In this document: in pieces, positions 36,620-48,331 of the stretch | How positions within the stretch are numbered: position 1 is the stretch's first letter | Layout: every line of letters begins with the position of its first letter | Assembly: GCF_036321535.1 (NCBI RefSeq) | Contig: NC_087464.1 | Location: 22,444,001-22,508,000 of the forward strand | Direction: 5' to 3' | DNA from: Camelus dromedarius | Taxonomy: Eukaryota | Length of the DNA stretch: 64,000 nt | Program-made: the position numbers and the translations under genes | Notes under the pieces: generated by a model | Seen by the model: only the letters and a program-made list of their open reading frames with translations | What the model was told of the DNA's origin: nothing | Database searches by the model: none

Positions 36620-37100
36620 CCTTGACCTTGGCTCCCTTCCCTGGCCAGGCCTGCCCCCAGGCCAGCTTCTTTGAACACTTGTTTCCGCTCACTCTCCATT
36701 CCCTCACTTCCTACCCACTCCTCTGCCCTCTGTATTTGATTTCTTCCCAGTAGAGTGATTCTCGCTGAGCCACCAGGAACCTCTGAATTGCCAAACCCAG
36801 CACTGTTCTGATGGTCTTCTGTGGCTCTGGACCTGCCTCAGTGCCTCCTTTCTGCCTGTGGCCTCCACGATGCCCTGGCTCCTGGTTTTCCTCCTCCCTC
36901 TCTGGCTGCGCCTCCTCACTCTCCTTTGCAGGTGACTCCCATCCTGTCCATTAAGCATCTCAAGGCTGGGCCTTAAGCCTCCTTCTCTCTTTTCTTCTCA
37001 CTTTCCTTCTCCTCCCCCGGTGAGCCCACCTTTCTTATGGTTTTGAAGTGGATGTCTCCCAAATCACTCTTAGCTCAGTCCTCTCTTCCGAGTTCCGTGT
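36620..37100 (+). mobile_element. L2 ORF2 fragment, sense
   Basis: ctgaattgccaaaccc, ggctcctggttttcctcctccctctctggctgc, tctcccaaatc...ctcttccgagttcc. Confidence 0.8.
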
Positions 37101-37104
37101 AGAT

Positions 37105-37485
37105 CTAGCCAGGGACTGACATGGTCAGGTTTCCATTTTAGAAAGGCTATAGTTTGGAGAATAGCTGGAGAAGGCAAGGATGGAGACAGGGGAAACTGTG
37201 ATGCGGCTGTTTAAGCCTGAGTGAGAAAATATTCAGGCTTGTGGCCGAGGGGATTGGAGGAAGGGGTGATCCAAATGGGGTGGCTTTGGGGGTTGATTTC
37301 CTGAGGGTGATCTGGGATAATGCCCCATTTTCAAGCTGGGCCGCTGAAGCTCCTGTGGCTGATACTGATGATACCGGGGAGGAACAGGCTTGCAGAGAAG
37401 GTCAGTTTGCAGTGCTGGGTTTGGGGTGTCTACAGGGATCCCCAGAAGAGAAAGGAAGACTCATGGAAGGTAGATGATGTACCCA
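37105..37485 (-). mobile_element. L2 fragment, antisense, abutting the sense fragment
   Basis: gggactgacatggtcaggtttccattttagaaagg, ggaggaacaggcttgc, gctgggtttggggtgtctacagggatccc. Confidence 0.75.
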
Positions 37486-37789
37486 AATTCCTACAACCAG
37501 CTAGTGGTCCTGCCATGGGCACAGGTCCCCGGGGCTGTGAGGAGTGTGGCTGCACCCCCAGGAGCAGAGCTTTCTTTTGGTTATGATGTGTTACTACGGG
37601 AAAGACCATCAGGGGCTGTGGGATAATGGTAGGCATCGCATCCAAGCCGTGGACATTAGGAGCGCAGCGTTCATGCCTGGCCTGCCCCGAGAAACCTGGG
37701 AGCCAGGCTGCGTGCCCTGCCTCATCAAACAAGGGAAATGCTGTGGTGTTAAGGGTGAGAGAATCCGACTGAACCCGACCCACGTCAGA

Positions 37790-38385
37790 GACTGAGTCCT
37801 AACCTTGCTCACACACTGAGCCCCAGTTCTCCTCACACAGGGAGCCCCGACCTCCTTCACACACGAAGCCCTGACCCGCTTCACACACAAAGCCCAACCC
37901 TCCTCACACACTGAGCACCAACCCTCTTCACACACGGACACCCTACCCTGGTCACACACTGAACCCCCACCCCCTTCACACATGAAGCCCAACCCTGGCC
38001 ACACTCAGAGCCCTGACCCTGGTTGCACACTGAGCCCAAACCCCATTCACACACAAAGCTCGACCCTCCTCACACACTGAACCCCCAACCCCTTCACACA
38101 TGAAACCCAACTCGCCTCACACAGGAAATGCCGACTCCGGTCACACTCAGAGCCTCGACCCTGGTTACACACTGATCCCTGACCCTCTTCACACATGGAC
38201 CCCCCCCACCTCATTCACACACAAAGCATAACCCTCCTCACATGCAGACCTCTGACCCTGGGCACACGCTGAGCCCTGACCCTCTTCGCACAGGAGTCCC
38301 AGCGTTCCTCCCACAGGGAGCCCTGACCCTCCTCACATGCAGAGCTCTGGCCCAGGGCGCACACTGAGCCCGGACCCTGCTCAGT
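37790..38385. repeat. 23-24-bp minisatellite, about 24 units, consensus CACACACTGAGCCCTGACCCTCCT
   Basis: Units delimited by cacac(a) read directly from 37810 to 38381. Confidence 0.93.
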
Positions 38386-38859
38386 CTGCGGAAGCAGATT
38401 TTACTGTCCTCTTCTTGTTCTCTTTCCCCTTTCTGTCCCCCAGGGTGGGGGGTGGGGAAGGAGACGGAAATTAGTACATCAGAAAAGGCAGGCCTGCAGC
38501 AAGAAGCCAATATAAACCATGGCCGCTGTGCAGGCCCAGGAAATGTCGGCTTTTTGTGGAGTTCATGCCACGTGTGTGAACACTGGAAGTGTGGGCGCGG
38601 CACAGCTGAAGGGGCTGAAAGACACAAAGTCGTCTCTGAGGAGCTAGTGCCAGCGTCCTTGCAGTAACCGCTGTGTTATCAGGGGCCTCAGATGCCTGTG
38701 AAACTCTCCAGCTGCCACAGGGCCCTCTGGGTCCTCAGGACAGCGACCTTTGAATGGAGCTATTTATTGTCCCATCTAGTCTGCCAATCCCTGTTCTCAC
38801 TGTGTCGTGTGACCCGCTCAGCTCAACTTGGTCCTCGTGTAGAGACGGAACAGTATGCT

Positions 38860-39110
38860 CCTTTGGTGAATCCAGTGTGGTGGATGAGGGTTCTAGACTC
38901 TAGAGCCTGCCTGCCTGGAGTTCAAATCCAGGGGCTGCTCATCCCAGCTGTGCGGTTCCGGGCAAGTTCAGCTTTCTGGGCCTGGTCTCCTCATCTATAA
39001 AATGGAGTGGTAATAACTCTTACCCCCTGGGGTTGTTCTAAGGATTAACATGAATTGATTTCTGTGAAGTGCTTGGTGCCTGGCACACGGTGAGTGCTGT
39101 ATTCAGTTGG
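38860..39110 (+). mobile_element. Near full-length MIR
   Basis: gtgtggtggatgagggttctagactc...gttcaaatcc...tctcctcatctataaaatggag...aggattaa...gtgcctggcacacggtgagtgct. Confidence 0.88.
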
Positions 39111-39399
39111 GTGTTCTGCCCTTTTTGCCCGTTGAGGCACACTTAGCTGACACTGTGAGAAGCTCACAATACTCCAGGGAGGCCTGTAGTCAGGCCCTGA
39201 GGGACCAGCACAGTTCAATGACAGTTAACTGATGTTCCCTCTGTGCCGGGCACTGGTGACACAGGGAGTAGACCACCGCAGGCCTGCTCTCAGAGGGCTC
39301 ACTATCTGTGGAGACCATCCTAACGCGTGCGTGTGGGCTGTGTTGGGGGAAAGTGGGCCAGGTGAACTTACAAGGGGGTTGGTGGATGTTTGTAACAAA

Positions 39400-39560
39400 T
39401 ACCATTTATTGAGCACCTACTGTATACCAGGACCTGCTCTGGAACTTTATGGACACTGTGTCATTTCAGCCTCCCAAGAGGATAACATGTAACAGTGTAA
39501 CAATGACCATCCCCATCCTACAGGTAACTCTGAGGCTCTGAAGGGGTGGGGCTGGAGAAG
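39400..39560 (-). mobile_element. MIR fragment
   Basis: catttattgagcacctactgtataccagg...catccccatcctacagg...ctctgaggctc. Confidence 0.75.
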
Positions 39561-41619
39561 ACAGGCTTTTCCGTGCTAGGAGTGCTGTGAGCAGGCGTGT
39601 GGCAGCCGCACAGGCTCAGGGACCAAGGGTGCTGCCTGGCTGAGAGGCCTGAGCGAGGACCTTGAACACTCTGCATCTGAACCGAGCCGAGCTCCAGTGT
39701 CGGAGAGCCGGGGGAAGACCACCCCCAAACCCCGACGCCCAGCTCTGAACACTGTAGTTCCCAGAGAGCTCTGCGGTGGGTGCAGGCCCAGGTGTGCACA
39801 CGCACTGCTGTGCTAGTCTGGGGAGAGGTCTGCTTGTCTCCTCAGGGGCCCCATAGCCAGATTTCAACCCCATAGAACCCGACAGGCCCAGACAGGGCAG
39901 GGCTCAGGACAGAGTGCACCGCTGGCTGAGGGCACAGCCCAGGTCCATCGAGGTGAGCAGGGCCAGCAGAAGGGGGTGGGAGGGATGTGCTGCTGCCATC
40001 ATGGTGACAGCTTCCTAGGCACGGACACCTGCTGGCTGGGCTGCGGGTGGGCCTACAGGCCCAGGAGGGCAGCAGCCTGTGGGGTTGGGGAGCCTCCCAC
40101 TCAGCTCTCTACCCTGGCCCCCAGGAGCCTCCTCCCACTCTGCGGCCCCTGACAAAGTCCACCTCAGACTGGGAGGAGAGGCTGGAGGCTTCCAGGCAGA
40201 CACGGGGGGCATGGGGGTGCCTGTACCTCCCAGTGCCTCCTACCCTGGACTCGCTGCCCCCGCACAATTAGCTGCTCTTGTCTCTAATTGATTCCTCTGG
40301 TACTCACAGGACAATTAGAATTTAAATTGCCTTTTACAAAGGTCACAAAAACAGGATCAAAGAGGAATCTATTAGAGGGGCTGGGGGTGCCACTCCCTCC
40401 CAGTCTCCAAGAGCTGCAGGGGCGGAGGCCAAGCACACGCACGGGGGGCCCTATTGTCACCCCAACACCTTTCCCAAGACTTGCAGGCCCCTCCTCTGTG
40501 AAGAGGCGGAGGGCAAGTTTAACCCCCCTGCCTCATTTCTGCCCCCTCCCACAGCCCTGTTCCGAGCCTGCCACTGGCCCAGCTGTGCTTCAGATGGCCT
40601 AATCTGTCCCTCACGGGCCATGTGACCTTAAGTAACCTCAGTGGCTTCATCCATGAAATGGAGCCAGTACCTTTTGCATCCCAAAGGCAGGAGGCTCCAG
40701 GGAAGAACACCTGGCCTCCCTCCAGCCGTGGGCTTTGCTTCTCTGACCCCATTTTTCTCCCTGCCTCTTCCAGGAAGCCGTCTCTGGGTGCTCGTCCCCC
40801 CCGCTCCTCCAGCCCGACTGCAGCCCGTGCCTGGCTGCTCTCCTCAGGCTGCCCAGGGCTGAGGCAGCTTGTCCTCCTGGGGGTCACCCAGGACAGGGAC
40901 TCTGCTCACTCTTTCCTCTGGCTCCCTCAGCAGCCCACACAGGGCTGGGCCCCTGGGGAAAAGGCTCTAACCGACAGATGAGGAGTTGGCTGTTAGAGCC
41001 GAGGTCCCTGCCTACAGGAGGCTCACCCCCCTGGCGGGGCAGACCAGAGGCCTGTGTAGCAGGTGTGACCAGCATGCTTGGGTGTCAGGCCTGAAGGACT
41101 TCTGAGGACCTCAACTTTCCCATCTATGCAATGGCTGGAAAGTCTCCGACGGCCCTGCTAACTCAAGTTCTTGGTCCTGGATCAACTTAGGGTTTTTAGG
41201 ACTGGGGCGCAGGGCTGGAGCAGACTGGACAGAAGAGCTTTGCAAGTGTCAGGGAACCTCTTTGGGCCAGCCTGGGTCCAATCGTCTACGCCAGCCTGGC
41301 CTGGCCTGGCCCAGCTACTGGGCTTAGTGGGAAGCTGGACAACAAGAGGCCAGGAGGGGCTCGGCTTCCTGGAGGCCTTAAGGCCATGACCCCACCCCAT
41401 CCAGTCTGAGAGGGGAACCTGGTAGCAGCCACAGCCCCAGCCCCACCCTATTCGTTCCATCCAAGCTGGGAAAACTGCCCCTGGAAAGCAAGCGGCAGAA
41501 GCCCATCCTGCCGGGCTGGCTCCAGGAGGAAAGTGAGGATGAGGCAAACTGCTTCCCCTGCCCTGGGTCTCCCTCCATGGAGAGGCAGCCCACCTGGCAG
41601 CTCCACCAGACTTCAGAAA

Positions 41620-41830
41620 GGGACTGATGCTCACTGAGCACCTACAATAAGCCAGCCCCAGGCTGGAGACTTTAAATTGTCTTAGCTCACAGAATCCTCC
41701 CAGCAGTCCTGCGTGTCACCATTTCCCAAATGAGAAAACAGGCTCAGACCTTGCCCGAGGTCACACAGCTGCGAACTGAGAGAGCTGGGATTTACTCACA
41801 CTCAGGCTTGCCTGGTTCCGAGGCAGAAGG
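41620..41830 (-). mobile_element. MIR
   Basis: ctcactgagcacctac...cccaaatgagaaaacaggctcaga...ccgaggtcacacagct. Confidence 0.85.
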
Positions 41831-42575
41831 TCTGCCTGGTCCAGCCCCGTGGCTGGTACTGGTTGTAAGGGATTCCATTAAGGGACTCGAACCAGAGTTG
41901 GAGACACCACAGGATGCCGCATGGCTCCACGGGGCGGGCAGGGACCCACAGGGAGTCTTCGTAGACTCTTGGGGAGACGGGCAACCTTGTTCAGTGTTCC
42001 TGTTTTCTCCATCACGGCCCCAAGGTCAGGAGACATCACCATCCCTCATTTAGAAGCAGGCACAGAGCCGCGGAGCACAGAGATTACCCAGGTAATCCAG
42101 CCTGATTACTAGACCCAGCGGAACTTCATTTGGATGCTAAAGGAGGCAGCTCTGGGAGCAGGCCTGCAGCATAGTTAATGAACGCCCTGCCCCCTGACCT
42201 GCAGTGAGCCTGAGCCAGAGCTGCCTGCCTCTGAGTCGGTCCCCATTAAAGTGGAGAGGGTGGGGCAGTGGAGGGACAACAAATGAGTCCACTCGGGATC
42301 CTCAGAGCAGGTGAGAGAGAACTCCCCTGTATTCAGGGATGGGAACCTGGCAGAGCAATCTGTCTGTGCCCCTATCTTGGAGACCCTCAGTCTTGCCCTG
42401 CCAGCAAGGGGCGCTTCTAAAAGTGGAGTGGGAGGCGGGAGGTGCCCAGGGAGTGGACAGAGTCTCGCCTGGAGCACCCTTGCTGGAAGTTCTAGCTGTG
42501 ACCCTGGGTCTGGCCAGAGCTGGGTGGGGCTGGGCACTCAGCCAGTGCCTGAAGCAGGAGAGGGTCTCTCTGGGG

Positions 42576-42692
42576 CCATAAATCCCACGGGCCCAGGTGA
42601 GCAGGCCCACAAAACTGTTGTGACAGCAGTAGTTAAATTAAGTGGCTGTCATAGAGCCGGGCGGGGCAGGTTTCTTGAAAGCGGATTTATGG
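42576..42692. promoter_or_regulatory. Symmetric HOX/PBX-MEIS-type motif cluster
   Basis: CCATAAATCC 42576-85, TGACAGC 42621-27, TTAAATTAA 42633-41, GCTGTCA 42645-51, GGATTTATGG 42683-92. Confidence 0.5.
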
Positions 42693-45600
42693 TCTCCCTG
42701 CCTCATTTACTGCCCAGTCAGCCTGGCCCTCCCCACTGCCTGCCCATTCTCGAAGCCCAGGAGCTCCTGCCACACGGGGGAGCCCGCTGGCACTGCCATG
42801 CCTGGGCCACCAGCAACTGGGGGCCGCTAGGGCTGGGGTTCTGGGGCCACACCACTGCCTGCCTTGGTCCTCAGAAGAGGGGCTCAAAGCCCTGAGAGGG
42901 CATGAGGGCATGGGAGGCCGGGTTCAGTCTCGGACACCCACACTCCCTCCCTCAGGAGTCTACACACTCCCTCCCTCTGAGGCCCTGCTGGCCGGGGCCC
43001 CTTGCCTTGCCTTGCTCCTGCTCCTGCTGTCTGCGGTGTTCCCTGACATTCTCCCATCCACTGAGGTCCGCAGGCCTAGAGAAGAGGAGTCAGCATGGGA
43101 GGAGGGGGCAGCCTGGAGCAGAAGATGGAATTAGGAGAGGAGGGGCTGCTGAGTCAGGACCAACTCAGGAGCAAACTGGAGGATCTAGAGTGAAGGCGGG
43201 GGCTCCTCTGCTTTGGGACTTGTGAATGGGGAAGGGTTTGTAGGCAAAGGCAAGGAGATGTGAGCTCTGCAGCCTGTGCCTGGGGGCAGACGGGCTGTGC
43301 ATGCATGTGGTGTGTCTGTGTGCAGAGTGTATGCCGCTGTTAAATGTGTTGCATGCCAATACGAGCATGTGTGTGTGCCCGAGGCTATTTCTGTGTATCT
43401 GTGTAAGTTGTATGTGTGTCTGTCTACATCTACGTATGTGGCATGTCCGTGTGTCCTTGGGCCTGGACTGAGAAGCAGGGTGACTGTGGCCCTCTTGTTA
43501 TTGTGCCCCATTCCTGGGGTCCCATCCTGAGCTTCCAGGGGTTCCCTCCCCTCTCCTCTACCTACTACTCCAGGTTCTAAGACTTTGTAAGGTTTGTCTC
43601 CTGTTAGTCATTCACTGGCACCTGGGCCTTTTTGCCTGGGGCACAGCAAGAAATGAGGCCTTGCACTGTGGGTACCTGGCTGAGGGGTAGGAGGACCCAG
43701 GCCCTAACCTTGGGGTTCTCCCTGTGCTAGGGGTGAGACGCCAGCAGATACTACAAACACACGTACATACATGCATGAGCCCAAAGCAACGAGATGATGG
43801 GGAAATGAGCCCAGTGGGGGTCTTGGGTGGGGGCAGATTCCATCCTTAGGGAGTGGGAAAGCAAGGCCTGAGGATGCTGGGAACCCCCATTCAGATCAAG
43901 GGGTTGGACAGATGCAGAGAGAAGGGAGATGGAGAAGACTCTGAGGAGAGAGCCAGATGAACCATGTGTGAGGGAGAGATGCTGGAAAGATGCCCTGGGG
44001 CAGTGGAAGTGGGGAGCAGGGGGTTACTGCTGGCCTGGCCAAGTCAGCTGAGCTAGACATCAAAGCCCAGAGTATGTTCTGAGGATGCTGGTCTCTCCCT
44101 CCCACCGAGAGACAGATGTCCCTTTGATGGTGAGAAGAAAGGATGTTGCACAGAGAGGGTGGGGGAGGGGGGCAGGGGGAGATGGAGTCTCCTTCCTTTG
44201 GCTACATCTCCTCCCTGTGGCCACCCAGGGAATGGGAGAGACCATCACAAGCGTCACATCCTCCATCTCCAGTGCACTGTAAAACCAGAACCATCACTGG
44301 GGTCTTCATCTGCCAAGGGAATGGGCAGTTGCCCTGGGGTCAGGGTCTGATCAGGGGTTGACCACTAGCTACCTCCTGGCACCTGAAGCCTAGGGGCTAG
44401 CTCAGGGAGGGTGGGCCAGTCCTGCAATTATGGGATAGCTGTGTCCTGTGGGAGCTGGGGCAGAGCAGGCTCAATGCCCGCTGGCCACAACACACCTCCC
44501 TATAGCCACCTTGGTTAGGCCTGTCACCTGTGCCAATATATGTGTGCACACATTTGTCAGCCATGAGAGGTGCTGTGTGCAGGGCCTGCCCCTCCAGCCC
44601 CAGCTGGCCTCTCACTCCAGCAAGAGCTAGACACGCTCCCTTTATGGTCCCTGGGACTTCTCTGAGTCCCACCTCTGCTCTTGGCTCATAGTTTCCCGGC
44701 CTGGCATGCTTTCTGCAGCACCACTAGGCCATAGGATGCCTTTGTAAGAGCTAGCAGAAGGCGGCCCTTCCTCCAGCTGCTTTCCTGCCGTCTGTCGGAA
44801 TATTGTCATACTAAATAAACACACCTACGATGAACTGGGGCCGTGAGGTGAGGACCTTGAACACTCTCCCTGCCTTCCTCTTGGTGGCCCCAATCCTCCA
44901 TGTTCCTCCATGAAGCCCTCTCTGATCACTCCAGCCCCGGGGCCTCCAAAGCTCCTGGTGAAGCAGCTCTTGGGGAGAGCAATAGTGGCCTTGAGAACCC
45001 CCTGTGAGAAGCAGGTTTGGAGAGCGCATCTTAGGAGAGGGCCAGCCTCCTCCACTCCACTGTCACACCCCAGAGAGGGCACACTTTGGGGGACCCAGTC
45101 CCATCTTCATCAGTGCCTGAGGGGCCCTGTGTTGCAGGCAGCAGCTGAGTCACGGCTGGGTCCACACCCTTCTGCTCATACCCTCTGTGGGAGCCCATCC
45201 TATGCCCAGGGCCTGGTCTCCCCTTGCCCCCAAAGCTGTCCTTACTCCCCTCTTCCGGGTGCCAAGGTGCTGCTAGGTAGGTCTGTGGGTGCCCACAGAC
45301 CCCTCACCTCAGCTCTGCTCCGCTTTGGCACCTGCTCGTGGGACTCCAGCCTTTGTGCCATCAGCCCCCACGCTCATCCCTGGCTCTGCCCAGAACCTTT
45401 CCTCTCCGTGAGGCCAGGCTATTCCAAAGACCCCTGGCTGCCTTCCCACTTCCTCCTAGAAACAGACGCTTGCAGACTGCAGCATCTACACCTGCTTACC
45501 AGACATTCCTGGACCCCCTGAGGCAGAAACTCAGCAAAGCTCCTGCTTCATGTCTGGAGTAATTCGCACCACCTACCACTCGGGCCCAGGCTCCATCAGC

Positions 45601-45765
45601 AACTTGGTGGGAAAACCCAGCCAGCCCCAGTGGACTTGGCTCTGACCCCTTGGGAAGAAGAAGTGGGAGAGGCGGTGGGGAGATATGGAAAATAAATTTC
45701 CAGTCCTTGTATGTGATGGTGACATCCCGACAGCCGCTGCTGACGTGGGAAAATAAAAGTTGCCA

Positions 45766-45921
45766 NNNNNNNNNNNNNNNNNNNNNNNNNNNNNNNNNNN
45801 NNNNNNNNNNNNNNNNNNNNNNNNNNNNNNNNNNNNNNNNNNNNNNNNNNNNNNNNNNNNNNNNNNNNNNNNNNNNNNNNNNNNNNNNNNNNNNNNNNNN
45901 NNNNNNNNNNNNNNNNNNNNN
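45766..45921. other. Assembly gap (156 N)
   Basis: N run. Confidence 1.
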
Positions 45922-46689
45922 GGAAGGAAAAGGTTATTATAAATGTGTCAGCCTTGTTTATGGCCCTTTATCAGCAAGGGAGAGACAGGGAGGGAGAGAC
46001 ACCGTCAGCGCACACTTTAAAGCCGCCTGCCAGCTTGGTTGGGGAGTGTAAATAATTTTTATTTTCAGCTGCATTTAGATATTTTAAAATATACACCCAC
46101 CAGCCAGCCATTCGGGGCAGCCAGCCGTGCCGCTGGGGAGAAGCGGGTGGGGGAGGCTTGCCTTTCAGCCCTTTTGATGGGCCCCTTGCTTGACAATTAA
46201 GGCTTTCAGAACCCATGTTTGCTGATAAAGGCTCTCTTTCCAAGGAGCCAGAAGAGATAGTGAGGCCACTCCGGTGGCTGCCAAACTCCCCAGCTGGCTG
46301 GCTGGGCCCGATCTAATGGAGCAGTACTTGGGAAGGCCGCTCAGGCACACGGCGTCCTTCCCGACAAGGCCAGCAAGGAAACAGGCTGCCCCGGGACAGC
46401 GCCCCACCCTCCCTGCGCCCCTAGACACTGCATCTGCGTCCCAGGCTTGCAACCATGTAGCCTCAACCCCTCGGGTTTCATTCATGCTGTCATTCAGTTC
46501 TCGACACTTATTGAGCGCCCACTGAGTGCCAGGGTCATAAGGGTTCAAGGGCAGGGGAACTTAAAGACCGTCTCACCTAACTGGTCCTCTGCTCCCTCCT
46601 CCTTGAGTGCTGCCCGAGAGCAGTCCTTCATGACCTCTAGTGCTAGCCCACTGCACTCTGGGCTTGAAAAGGTGTCCCAGGCTGTGTTG

Positions 46690-46880
46690 TTCAGTGGTTA
46701 GGAACACAAACTCCACAACTGAGTCATGGCTGAGACTGTGGGCAAATGACTCCCAAGGGCTGAGCCTCTATTTCTCCTTCTATAAAATGGGGATAGTAAT
46801 GGTACTCACCTCATATGGTTGAGGAGATGATGAGCATGAAGACTTTGCTGTCTGACACACAGGGAGCCCACACTAAACAA
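46690..46880 (+). mobile_element. MIR
   Basis: cagtggttaggaacac...tgtgggcaaatgac...tctataaaatggggatagtaatggtactcacctcatatggttg. Confidence 0.88.
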
Positions 46881-47689
46881 AGTCTCCCCTCATTGGCTGA
46901 GAGAAGGGCGTATTAAATCCCACCGTAACCAGCCCCTAAGTGGCCAGTGTGCCAGGACAAGGAGAGGCTGCAAGGAGCTGAGCTCTGTCTTCTGGGAGCT
47001 CATGGGCCAGGCTGGACAGAGGGCCTGTGCGGGGGACAGGAGCATCAGGACAAGCTCTGGAAGAAGGGTCCCTGAAGGAGGAGTAGGATGGGGGTGTAGG
47101 GAGGATCCTGGCCTGGCTGGAGAAGCAGGGGCAGTCAACGCCCCGATGGCCTGATGCACTTCCCCAGGCTGATTCCCAAACCAGCTCAGAGAGGGGATTT
47201 GGTATGAATACCCCATGAGAGTTGCACCCCAGGTATGTGGCCAGCACATTATTTTCCCTGTGTCTTGGGGCTTTTAATTCTGGTGCCCACTGAATTCCAC
47301 TTCTGTCTGATGGTTGTGGAAGATGACTTCCATGCCCTGTGCCCCTCTAGACTCTTGGGGTTAGGCAGGCGCACAGAAGCAAAGGATAACAGAACCAAAT
47401 CCCCAGGTCTGTGATGGCTAGCTATGGGAGCGCAAGCCTCTTGAGCCCTCCCAGTTAAGTTCCTTATTCTGGCTGTAGGGACAGGTGACATCAGGTCAAA
47501 GGGCAACTGGATGGTTAGTTAGCCTGTGTATGGATTTAAGTAAGAGCACTAAACTGGCAGGCCAAGGCCCAGGATTGTACTAGGCCCAGCGTGGGGTCTG
47601 TGGGCTGAGAGCAATCCAAGAAGCAAGAGAGAGAGGGAGAGGCAAAGGGACAGGAGGGAGAGGGAGCAGACAGGGGCTCTGCACCACCT

Positions 47690-48045
47690 CCCACCTCTTG
47701 TGGTCCTTTCAGTCAGTCAGTCATGCCATAAACGCACTGCCACCAGCCCTGAGCCTGGGCTTCAAAACACTCACAGCCCAAGAGGGAAGCAGATGTGTAA
47801 ACAGACAAGAACAAGCCAGCATATGAAGTGGTGGTCTATGGTGGTCCAAAGGTTGGAATCGGAGGTGGGCATCTGGGAAGGAGGCACAGAGCAAGAGAGA
47901 CTTGTGTGGGCTTCAAAAATAGACACAGGGGTTTTCCCAGCAGACTAGGTAGGGAGGACACGGCTTTCAGAGAGCAGAGAATGAAGCATGAGCAAAGGCC
48001 TGAAAGCACATAGCCTCAGGGGTCACAGGGAAAAGTATGAGGTAA
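47690..48045 (-). mobile_element. L2 3' fragment
   Basis: agaatgaagcatgagcaaaggcctgaaag and upstream reverse L2 tail. Confidence 0.65.
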
Positions 48046-48171
48046 TTATGTAGGGCTGGGTTTGTGTTTCCCAACAGTGTCCTGAGGAACATTAGTCCTG
48101 GGGGATGTTGATCAGTGCTACTTAAAATAAAGAGTTCCCCTGGTCAGATATATTTGGGGAACGTTAGACTA

Positions 48172-48331
48172 NNNNNNNNNNNNNNNNNNNNNNNNNNNNN
48201 NNNNNNNNNNNNNNNNNNNNNNNNNNNNNNNNNNNNNNNNNNNNNNNNNNNNNNNNNNNNNNNNNNNNNNNNNNNNNNNNNNNNNNNNNNNNNNNNNNNN
48301 NNNNNNNNNNNNNNNNNNNNNNNNNNNNNNN
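48172..48331. other. Assembly gap (160 N)
   Basis: N run. Confidence 1.

Noticed and set aside
37609-38004. ORF with 8-aa periodicity (SVCEEGW...)
   Set aside because: Reading through the 24-bp minisatellite gives the periodicity, with no evidence of coding function.
37790-38385. CRISPR-like array
   Set aside because: Units are contiguous and degenerate with no unique spacers, there are no cas genes, and the context is mammalian.
41021-41040. CTCF-like site (also 25481 and 59664 regions)
   Set aside because: Mismatches at high-information positions of the core.
42020-42028. Additional YCAAGGYCA sites (also 22843 region)
   Set aside because: They lie in or resemble the MIR segment cccaaggtcacac, which supplies this motif genome-wide. 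The isolated perfect site at 57345-57353 has no supporting context.
43290-43455. Structured repeat in TG-rich tract (also 54115-54190)
   Set aside because: Decayed purine-pyrimidine low-complexity sequence with no consistent period.
44910-45521. 203-aa ORF (also 42311-42895 and 2757-3317) as genes
   Set aside because: Same GC-driven chance-ORF composition; the 2757 ORF runs through a MER5A.
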